Assembly (NCBI GenBank): GCA_036560825.1
Contig: DATBQN010000028.1
Location: 1 to 41,621, forward strand
Source of the DNA: Thermoanaerobaculia bacterium
GTDB taxonomy: Bacteria; Acidobacteriota; Thermoanaerobaculia; Multivoradales; UBA5704
Length of the DNA: 41,621 nt
Reading direction: 5' to 3'
Each line of letters opens with the position of its first letter. Within the stretch, counting starts at the first letter, position 1. Made by a program: the position numbers and the translations under genes. This document shows positions 18,393 to 25,676 of this stretch, one piece after another. Under the pieces are notes generated by a model that did not search any database, was not told where the DNA came from, and worked only from the letters and a program-made list of their open reading frames with translations.

Positions 18393-19697
18393 CTACGCGT
18401 CGAGGAAGCTTCCCAGCCGATGAAGCATCTGCTGGATCGACACCCAGACGACGAGCTCGATCTGCGCTTCGGGGGAGAGGGTCTTGGCGACCTCGGCGAG
18501 GAGCGATGCCGGCACTGCGGCTGGGCTCGGGGAGACCGCTTTCGCCAAGAGGAGCGTCAGGGCCGCCTCGCCGTCGAGCCCGGGGAGCGATGCCAGCGAG
18601 GAGCGCGCGGCTTCGATTCCACGTTCGCCCTCCGCCGCAGGCTCGGCGGCGAAACGGACGACCGCCTGGAGCGTCTCCTCGGCCACCGGCGGGTTGGTCC
18701 GCAGGGCCAGCTTCCGGGCCTCGCCGGCGAGAGTCTCGTTGCCCACCACGGAGGCGTAGACGAGACCTGCGAGGATCTTGACGCGCAGGCCGAGCCGGCT
18801 GTCCGCCGCGGTCAGGTTGTCCCGCAGGACGGTGGCGACGGCCTTGATCGCCCGCCGGCTCGCGACCTTCGCGAGCAGCGGGAAGTCATGGCCGGTATGC
18901 GCCTCGAGGTATGTCCCCACGGCGGGCCAGCGCGACGGGACCCCGCGGGTCCAGGACCCTTCGAGCTTCAGGGCGGCCGGCACGTAGCGCAGGAAAGCCA
19001 GCTTGGTGGCCAGCGTGTCCCGGCCGCCGGGACGCGGCTGGAGCGCGGGGTCCGCAGACGCCTCGGTGGCGACCCGGTGCTTGCCGGGGGTCCAGCCGGT
19101 AGGGAGGAGGGCCGAGGAGACCTCCTGCACGGCGGCCGTTTCCAGATCGACGCCGGTGGCATCCATGAACTTGTTGAGGAAGCCCATGAGGGCAACTCCC
19201 AGGGCGATCCGCTCGGCGTTCTGAGCGGAGAAGTGGCGGCGAAGATCGTCTCGGTGCTCGCGCGTGAAGGCGCAGGGGATGCGCGCCAGCGTCTCGGCCG
19301 CGGCGACTGCCGCGCTCTCGGCCGGAGAGCGGCTCCCTGTCAGCGTAGCGGGGTTTGCGCCACGGCGCAGGGCGAAAGAGCAGGTGTGAGCGGTGCAATA
19401 GGCGCAGCGCGCCGTCCAGCTGGCGGTGTAGAGGGCCAACCCGAGAGGCACCACCGGCGGCCCCCAACCCCAGACCGAGAAGGGTAAATTGAGGAGATTC
19501 GGCACCAGCAGGTTGTAGCTCCGGAACCCGGTGGGCCAGATGGCGAGAAGGGAGTCGCAGTTGGGCACGACCCCGATGACCAGCCGAACGAGTTGAAGGA
19601 GCGGCCGGTACTCCCGGCCGAGCTGCGAGAGATCAACGGCGGAGGGTCGAAGGGACCGGCTCAGCGTGTCCGGCATCGCGATCGTGCCAAGGCTCAT
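18393..19697 (-). CDS. AhpD/carboxymuconolactone-decarboxylase-like protein (apparent tandem CMD folds, one CxxCxxH motif)
   Basis: RCAYCTAHTC is the CxxC..H motif of the AhpD-like family. The second half repeats the helical pattern without Cys. Its ATG overlaps the sbcC stop (ATGA at 19697-19694). Confidence 0.6.
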   Translation of the reverse strand: MSLGTIAMPDTLSRSLRPSAVDLSQLGREYRPLLQLVRLVIGVVPNCDSLLAIWPTGFRSYNLLVPNLLNLPFSVWGWGPPVVPLGLALYTASWTARCAYCTAHTCSFALRRGANPATLTGSRSPAESAAVAAAETLARIPCAFTREHRDDLRRHFSAQNAERIALGVALMGFLNKFMDATGVDLETAAVQEVSSALLPTGWTPGKHRVATEASADPALQPRPGGRDTLATKLAFLRYVPAALKLEGSWTRGVPSRWPAVGTYLEAHTGHDFPLLAKVASRRAIKAVATVLRDNLTAADSRLGLRVKILAGLVYASVVGNETLAGEARKLALRTNPPVAEETLQAVVRFAAEPAAEGERGIEAARSSLASLPGLDGEAALTLLLAKAVSPSPAAVPASLLAEVAKTLSPEAQIELVVWVSIQQMLHRLGSFLDA

Positions 19698-22600
19698 GGG
19701 GCATTCTCAAGCTTTCTCAGAAAGGCGTGGCCGCCTACGCTGGCGGCTCCGCCGGCGCGGATCGAGGCCGAGCGCAGGGGCGTGAAGCTGGACGCGTCGC
19801 GGACCTCGACGGTCGAGAAGCCCTGGCGCTTGGTGACGATCACCTGCTGGGCGAATTCGTCCCGCAGCTCCGGGATGTGGGTGATGATGCCGACCATCCG
19901 GCCGCCGACCCGCAGCCCCTGGAGGGTCTCGGAGACGAGCGCGAGCGTATCAGGATCGAGGGTGCCGAAGCCCTCGTCGATGAACAGGCTGTCGAGGTTC
20001 ACCGCGCCGACGGCGCGCTGGACCTGGTCGCTGAGCTCCAGAGCGAGGGCCAGCGAGGCGAGGAACGTCTCTCCTCCGCTGAGCGTGTCGCTGATCCGCG
20101 TCTCGTCGGCGTTGTCGTGATCGACGACCCTGATCTCGTCGTCGTTGAACTGCAGGGAGTAACGCTCCCCGGTCAACCTCAGCAGCCGGGCCGAGGCGCC
20201 CTGCACGAGCTCGGTGAACACCTCCTGGAGGACGTACGCCTGGAACTTGTCGCTTCGCAGGTCGCCGGCCAGGAGGTCGTACACGCGCAGCGACGCCTCT
20301 TCGACGTCCAGCGTCCCGCGCAGCTCTCTTGAGCGCTCGAGCCGCTCCCTCGTGCGCCCGATCTGCTCCTCGAGCCTCTTTTCCCGGCCGAGCGTGGCCT
20401 CCACCTCGGCGGTGATGTCCGCCGCGAGCGTCTCGACGGCCGCCAACTGCTCGTCGGACACCCGCTCATCCCCCAGCTCGGCTCGGAGCGCGGCGACCCG
20501 CTCCTCGGTGGCGTGACTGTCCTGCGCATGCCTGCGGACCTGCTCCTCGAGCCGGGCGGCGGTGGCCTCGTCGAGGAGGGCCTCGCGGACGGCGGCCTCG
20601 TCGTCGAAGCCGGCGCGCGCGATCTCCGCGTCCCGGCTCTCCGCTCTCTGCACGGCGTCCCGAAGGGCCGCTTCGGCGGCTTCGGCCTTGAGCCGTTGCG
20701 CCTCCTTGGCGGTCATCAGCCGGTTTTGGGAGGCCGCCGCCTCCTCGGTCGCCGCCTTGAGGCCGGCTTCCAGCCGTCGGATCCGCTCATCCAGGGCCGC
20801 GGCCTCGGCGGCCGGGTCGACGGACTCGGTGACCGCGCGGATCTCCTCCTGCAGCGTCGCGAGCCGTTGCAGGCTCGTGCCGCGGTCCTCCTCCAACCGC
20901 CGCCGCGACGCCTCCCGCTCGGCGAGCCGGTCCCGCGCGGCGGCCTCCTCGGCCTTGGCTCTCTCGAGGGTCCGTTCCGCCGTCGCCAGTCGCTCCTTCG
21001 CCTCTTGGCTCGCCTTGCGGCTCCTGGCGAGCGATGCGATCTGTGTCTCGATCCACGCTTCGACCAGGGCCTCACCTTCTGGAGCGCGGTCGCCGAGCGC
21101 CCGAAAGATCGCTTCCTCGCCGGCGGCGACGCTCGCCTGCAGCTCGGCGCAGCGCGACTCCAGCTCGGCGAGGCCCTGCCGGGCGGCATGGAGCCTCGCC
21201 TGTCCGCCCGTGAGCGCAGCCTCGTTCTTTCTGGCGAGCGCGTCGGCTTCTTTTCGCTTCTCCCGTGCGCCCTGGAGCGCGGCCCTGGCCGCTGCGAGCT
21301 CGGGTGCCAGATGGACCGCAGGCGGCGTGTCCACGAGCTGCTTGCACACCGGGCATGGTTGGCCGGGAACCAACCCCTCGCGGAGGTGATTGGCCTCGTG
21401 CAGACGGTTGGCGCGATGGAGCGCCTCCTCCGCCGCCTCGAGGCCGCGTTGCGCCTCCTCCGCGGACCTCCTGGCGGACTCGGTCTTCTGCTTCAGCAGC
21501 TCGATCTCCCCGGCCTGCTCCTCCACCTCCTTGCGCTTCCGGGCGAGGTCAGACAAGCGCTCCGCCGCGCTCCTGCGAGCGGCGCCGAGCTCGACGGCGC
21601 GGTCGCGGACGCTCTGCAGCAGCTCGTCCAGCTCCGGGTCGTAGCCGGAGGCCTCCGCGGCCTGCCGAGCCGCATCGACGGCGCTCTGTTGTTGCGCCTG
21701 CACGGCCTTCGCCGAGTCGACCGTCGCGGCGAGCGAGGACAGCTCGCCTTCCAGGGCCCTCAGGCCCTGCGCCTGCCGCTCGATGGCCGCTTGGAGCTGC
21801 TCTCGTTCCGGCAGGCGCCCGAGCACCTGGTGGAGGCGAGCCACCTGCTCACGAATCGTCTTGATCGCCTTGGCGGCCTTCTCCGCCGACTTCAGCGCGC
21901 CGGCCTTCTTCTTCCAATCCTGCTGTGCGGAGGCATGGCGGGCCTTGGCTTCGCCGGCCGCCTTCGCCGCCGTCTCCGCGGAGGCGGAGGCTCGGGCCGC
22001 CTCGTCGAGCAAGGGCAACAGGGGCACCGCGCGAGCCGCCGCCTCGATCCTCGCTCTCTCACGGCTCACTTGCTCAGCCTGCTTCTGCAGAGCGGCCCGC
22101 CTTTCCTCGACCTGCCGGAGCTCCAGAGTTCTCGCGTGCCGGCCGCGCAGCCGGGCGAGCGCGGCCTGGATGTCGTCCCGTCTCTTCCTCGAGACCTCGA
22201 GCGACGCGACGACGCGGGCGTGCTCCGTCTCCAGCGCGGCGACGGCGGTCTCGTCGATGCCGGCGTACTCGTCCGCGAGGAGCTTCTGCAGCGAATCGAC
22301 GGCGCCTTTCTTCAGCGTCGACAAACCTTGAGCCTCTTCGCGCATCCGCTCGTAGACGTCGAGCCGAAGCAGCGTGCGGAGCATGCCGCGCCGCTCTCTC
22401 GGTTGCGCTTTGAGGAACCTGGCGAACTCGCCTTGCGGCAGGACCACGGCCTGCATGAACGCGGGCGCGCCGAGCCCCAGGATCTGCACCACCTGATCGG
22501 TCGCGGTGCGCACCTGGTCCGCCAGGTTCTTGAAGCAGCCGTCTCCGTCGCGTTCCTCCAAGCGAACCATTTGCACGCCATTGCGCCGCAGAGTCCGCGC

Positions 22601-22861
22601 GATGCGGTAGAGGCTCGCGCCGACCTCGAAATCCAGCACCACGGTGACCCGGTCGCGGGCCGCCGAGATCATCTCGGTCCGATTGCGGTTGTTGACCCGC
22701 GGGATCTCTCCATAGAGCGCAAAGATGATGGCGTCGAGCAGAGTCGACTTGCCGGCTCCGGTCGGCCCCGAGATGGCGAAGAGCTCGAGCGAGCGAAAGT
22801 CGATCTCCTGCCTCTCCTTGAAGCACGCGAGACCCTCGACGGCGAGATGGACGGGACGCAG
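19694..22861 (-). CDS. sbcC: SbcC/Rad50-type DNA repair ATPase (probable non-canonical CTG start)
   Basis: The track ORF starts at ATG 22672, but the same frame stays open upstream. It encodes (L)RPVHLAVEGLACFKERQEIDFRSLELFAISGPTGAGKSTLLDAIIFALYG, which is the Walker A motif. Also present are long coiled coils, the zinc hook GQPCPVCKQ, the signature LSGGETFLASLALAL and Walker B SLFIDEGFGTLD. Confidence 0.85.
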   Translation of the reverse strand: MRPVHLAVEGLACFKERQEIDFRSLELFAISGPTGAGKSTLLDAIIFALYGEIPRVNNRNRTEMISAARDRVTVVLDFEVGASLYRIARTLRRNGVQMVRLEERDGDGCFKNLADQVRTATDQVVQILGLGAPAFMQAVVLPQGEFARFLKAQPRERRGMLRTLLRLDVYERMREEAQGLSTLKKGAVDSLQKLLADEYAGIDETAVAALETEHARVVASLEVSRKRRDDIQAALARLRGRHARTLELRQVEERRAALQKQAEQVSRERARIEAAARAVPLLPLLDEAARASASAETAAKAAGEAKARHASAQQDWKKKAGALKSAEKAAKAIKTIREQVARLHQVLGRLPEREQLQAAIERQAQGLRALEGELSSLAATVDSAKAVQAQQQSAVDAARQAAEASGYDPELDELLQSVRDRAVELGAARRSAAERLSDLARKRKEVEEQAGEIELLKQKTESARRSAEEAQRGLEAAEEALHRANRLHEANHLREGLVPGQPCPVCKQLVDTPPAVHLAPELAAARAALQGAREKRKEADALARKNEAALTGGQARLHAARQGLAELESRCAELQASVAAGEEAIFRALGDRAPEGEALVEAWIETQIASLARSRKASQEAKERLATAERTLERAKAEEAAARDRLAEREASRRRLEEDRGTSLQRLATLQEEIRAVTESVDPAAEAAALDERIRRLEAGLKAATEEAAASQNRLMTAKEAQRLKAEAAEAALRDAVQRAESRDAEIARAGFDDEAAVREALLDEATAARLEEQVRRHAQDSHATEERVAALRAELGDERVSDEQLAAVETLAADITAEVEATLGREKRLEEQIGRTRERLERSRELRGTLDVEEASLRVYDLLAGDLRSDKFQAYVLQEVFTELVQGASARLLRLTGERYSLQFNDDEIRVVDHDNADETRISDTLSGGETFLASLALALELSDQVQRAVGAVNLDSLFIDEGFGTLDPDTLALVSETLQGLRVGGRMVGIITHIPELRDEFAQQVIVTKRQGFSTVEVRDASSFTPLRSASIRAGGAASVGGHAFLRKLENAP

Positions 22862-22864
22862 CGC

Positions 22865-24046
22865 TCAACCCTCCCCGGATGCCCGGTCGTAGAGGTCCTG
22901 AAAGGTGTCCAGGACGGCGACCTCCGCCGCGTGCTGGTGCTCGCGGAGGTGGTAGGCGGCGTAGTGCCCCAGCGGCGGAGCTCCGGTCTCCAGCCGGACG
23001 TCCGGCGGCTCCTCGGCCGCGGGGAGCTCGGCGCGCACGACGAGCGCGTTGGGGAGCAGCTCGCGAACTCGTCGATTGAGATCGGGATCCCTCTCCGTCA
23101 ACGGGACCGTCACGCGCAGCCAACCCGTGCGATATCTGTCCGCGGTCGCCTCGAGCTCCGCGAGCGTGGCACGGAGGTCGACGAGCGGCAGCCCGCCCCG
23201 GTAGGGAACGTGCTCGATATTGGAGGGCCTGGAGGGCCTGGCGGGTTTGCCTGGCTTGCCGGGCGACGCCGTGACGACGACGAAGCTCTTTTCCTCCCCG
23301 GCCTCGCCGAAGTCCATCTGGAGCAGCGATCCGGCATAGTAGGCGGGCGCCGGCGCGTCGACCTTCTGCGGCTTGTGGATGTGTCCGAGGGCGACGTAGG
23401 TCGCCGTGGACGGCAGCGCCTCCGGCGAGGCGGCCCAGTCCTCTCCGATGTGAACGCGGCGCTCCGATTCGCCGAAGAGGGCTCCCTCGAGATGCGTGTG
23501 CGCCATGAGGAGGTTGACGGCGTCCGGCCGAAAGGCGCCACAGAGATCCCGCACCGCGCGCTCGAACATGCGAGCGTATTTGGTCCTGGCGCTCGCCTCC
23601 TCGCCGGCGAGGTCCAGCGCCGACACCCAGGCTCCCGGGGACGCGAACGGAAGCGCCGCGACGACCGCCTTCTCTCCACCACGGGTCTCGATGGTCCGCG
23701 TCCCGCCGCGGGAGGCGGGGCGCGGGCTGCCGACGATCTGCACGTTGACGAACTCGGTGAGCAACGAGCGAGCGTCCAGGCGGAGCGGATCGTCGTGGTT
23801 GCCGGCGATGACGAGCATATGAGCTCCGCTTCGACCCACGCGGACCAGGAACCGGTTCACCAGCCGCTCCGCCTCGGCGGGCGGGTTGCGGCTCTCGAAG
23901 ACGTCCCCGGTGTGGAGGACGAGGTCGATGGATCGCTCTTCGATGAAGGTCGCGAGATGCTCGAGCACGGCCTCCAGCTCGTCGAGGCGCTGCAGCCCCT
24001 TCCATCGGCGGCCGACGTGCCAGTCGCTGGTGTGGACGATCTTCAT
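22865..24046 (-). CDS. sbcD: SbcD/Mre11-type nuclease
   Basis: MKIVHTSDWHVG, LHTGDVFE, IAGNHD and GHIH are the calcineurin-like phosphoesterase motifs of SbcD. Confidence 0.92.
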   Translation of the reverse strand: MKIVHTSDWHVGRRWKGLQRLDELEAVLEHLATFIEERSIDLVLHTGDVFESRNPPAEAERLVNRFLVRVGRSGAHMLVIAGNHDDPLRLDARSLLTEFVNVQIVGSPRPASRGGTRTIETRGGEKAVVAALPFASPGAWVSALDLAGEEASARTKYARMFERAVRDLCGAFRPDAVNLLMAHTHLEGALFGESERRVHIGEDWAASPEALPSTATYVALGHIHKPQKVDAPAPAYYAGSLLQMDFGEAGEEKSFVVVTASPGKPGKPARPSRPSNIEHVPYRGGLPLVDLRATLAELEATADRYRTGWLRVTVPLTERDPDLNRRVRELLPNALVVRAELPAAEEPPDVRLETGAPPLGHYAAYHLREHQHAAEVAVLDTFQDLYDRASGEG

Positions 24047-24083
24047 CGTCGGCGTCGTCAGGCGCGACAGAAGGAGCGTTTCG

Positions 24084-24779
24084 TCAGGGGACCCTCGTGA
24101 GGAGGCGACGAAGGTAGGGCACTACGTTGTCGGCCACCAGCTCCTGGCCCCGGGCGGTCGGATGGATGCCGTCCGCCTGGTTGAGCGCCGGGTCGCCGCC
24201 CACCCCTTCGAGGAGGAACGGGACGAGCGGCACGTCGAGCTCGCGCGCGAGCCGCGGGTAGATCGCCGCGAAGCGGCCCGTGTAGTCCGGACCGTAGTTG
24301 GGCGGAATGCGCATGCCGACGATGAGCACCCTGGCGCCGGCCGCCTGGGCGCGGCGGACGATCTGCCGCAGGCTCCCCTCGATCTCCTCGATCGGCGTGC
24401 CGCGCAGGCCGTCGTTCGCCCCCAGCTCGACGACGATCGCGGCCGGATGCTGCGAGAGCAGCCAGGGCAGCCGCCGCAGGCCGCCAGCGGTGGTGTCGCC
24501 GCTCACCCCGGCGTTGAGCACCCGGATCGGCTCGCCCGAGCGCGCGAGGCGCTCCCCGACGAGCGCCGGGTAGGCCTGGCCCTCGTCGAGCCCCAGCCCG
24601 GCGGTCAGGCTGTCGCCGAGAAAGGCGACGAGCGGGCCGGAGGCGCCGACGGCCGCGGGCGACTCCGCGGGTCTGGAGGCCCCGGGCTCGCCCGCGCCCC
24701 TCGCCCCCTGCCCGCAGGCGGTGAGCAGGGCGAGGATCGGGAGCAGGGCGAGGGTCGGCGCGTGTTTCACGGTCCGCAT
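24084..24779 (-). CDS. tesA: SGNH/GDSL hydrolase, TesA-like arylesterase/thioesterase I (lipoprotein form)
   Basis: The real part of track ORF 24084..25613. ATG at 24779 gives MRTVKHAPTLALLPILALLTAC (lipobox). Motifs FLGDSLTAG, NAGVSGDTT, ELGANDG and DGIHP are present. It is divergent from a ybbA/ybbP-like pair, as in E. coli. Confidence 0.85.
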   Translation of the reverse strand: MRTVKHAPTLALLPILALLTACGQGARGAGEPGASRPAESPAAVGASGPLVAFLGDSLTAGLGLDEGQAYPALVGERLARSGEPIRVLNAGVSGDTTAGGLRRLPWLLSQHPAAIVVELGANDGLRGTPIEEIEGSLRQIVRRAQAAGARVLIVGMRIPPNYGPDYTGRFAAIYPRLARELDVPLVPFLLEGVGGDPALNQADGIHPTARGQELVADNVVPYLRRLLTRVP

Positions 24780-24832
24780 TCTATCCAGGCACAACGGACG
24801 GCCCGCGTCGCGTCTTCCCGCGCCGGCGCCGC

Positions 24833-24930
24833 GGGAGGTGCCACCCAAACATTTCGGGCGCCGCGGGAGGTGCGGTGGGAGGTGCCACCCAAACATTCGG
24901 GCTCTCCAGAGGTGCCACCCAAACATTTCC
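24833..24930. repeat. Three direct copies of a ~20-nt motif (A/G)GGTGCCACCCAAACATT(T) in the tesA/ybbA divergent intergenic region
   Basis: The copies lie at 24833-24859, 24877-24902 and 24908-24930. The GGTGCCACCCAAACATT cores start at 24837, 24881 and 24911, giving spacings of 44 and 30 nt. A partial GCGGGAGGTGC also recurs at 24831 and 24863. Confidence 0.9.
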
Positions 24931-24968
24931 GCGGAATGCCCCCGCGCCTCGGCCGGTTCTGCTCTGCG

Positions 24969-25676
24969 ATGACGACTCCCAGAATCGAGCTCCGCCGCCT
25001 CACCCGCCGTCTCCCCTCGGGGGGCCGCATGCTCACCATCCTCGACGCGGTCGACCTCGCGATCCCGCCGGGCGAGTTCGCCGCCGTCCTCGGCCCCTCG
25101 GGGAGCGGCAAGTCGACCCTCCTCGCGCTGATGGCCGGGCTCGACCGCCCGACCGCGGGCGAGGTGCTGATCGACGGCGTCCCCATCCAGGGGATGACCG
25201 AGGACCAGCTCGCCCTCCTGCGCCGGCGCAAGCTCGGCTTCGTCTTCCAGACCTTCCAGCTCCTCGGCAACCTGACGGCGCGCGAGAACGTGCTCCTCCC
25301 CCTGGAGCTCGCCGGCGTGCGGGGGCCCGGCGTCAGGGCCGACGAGCTCCTCGACTCGGTCGGCCTGGCCGACCGCGGCCACCACTATCCGAGCCAGCTC
25401 TCCGGCGGCGAGCAGCAGCGGGTGGCGCTCGCCCGCGCCTTCGCCGCGCAGCCGCCGATCCTCCTCGCCGACGAGCCCACCGGAAACCTCGACAGCGCGA
25501 CGGGCAAGCGGGTGCTCGAGATCCTCCTCGACCTCAAGCGCCGCCAGGGCACGACCCTGGTGCTGGTGACCCACGATCCCGCGGTGGCGGCGCTCGCCGA
25601 TCGCCTGGTGCACCTCAAGGACGGCCAGGTCGAGCGCACCGAGGCGCTCGCCCCGGCGGCCCAGAGGGTGCGGTGA
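24969..25676 (+). CDS. ybbA: ABC transporter ATP-binding protein (YbbA/LolD-like)
   Basis: Walker A GPSGSGKST, Q-loop, signature LSGGEQQRVALARA, Walker B ILLADEPTGNLD and H-loop THD. Start is ATG 24969, with in-frame ATG 24936 as an alternative. No clear SD precedes either. Confidence 0.88.
   Translation: MTTPRIELRRLTRRLPSGGRMLTILDAVDLAIPPGEFAAVLGPSGSGKSTLLALMAGLDRPTAGEVLIDGVPIQGMTEDQLALLRRRKLGFVFQTFQLLGNLTARENVLLPLELAGVRGPGVRADELLDSVGLADRGHHYPSQLSGGEQQRVALARAFAAQPPILLADEPTGNLDSATGKRVLEILLDLKRRQGTTLVLVTHDPAVAALADRLVHLKDGQVERTEALAPAAQRVR

Noticed and set aside
22865-22867. The sbcD TGA as a selenocysteine codon
   Set aside because: I see no evident SECIS-like hairpin immediately downstream. 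The SbcD C-terminus and SbcC N-terminus both look complete on either side, and an SD is correctly spaced before the CTG. Read-through remains only a minor alternative.
20513-24100. A 1195-aa plus-strand ORF antisense to sbcC/sbcD, plus similar long shadows (11490..13076, 11807..13744, 25385..27736, 33628..35319, 33816..35948)
   Set aside because: For the same reason: each is antisense to, or out of frame with, a strongly supported gene (DnaK, SbcCD, ABC permease and others), and each has a composition typical of non-coding frames.
24833-24930. TGGCAC in the reverse complement of each direct repeat as a sigma-54 -24 element
   Set aside because: No TTGC or GC -12 element occurs at the required spacing. 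Downstream of TGGCAC the sequence reads CTCCCGCGG or similar, and GC dinucleotides are uninformative at this GC content.
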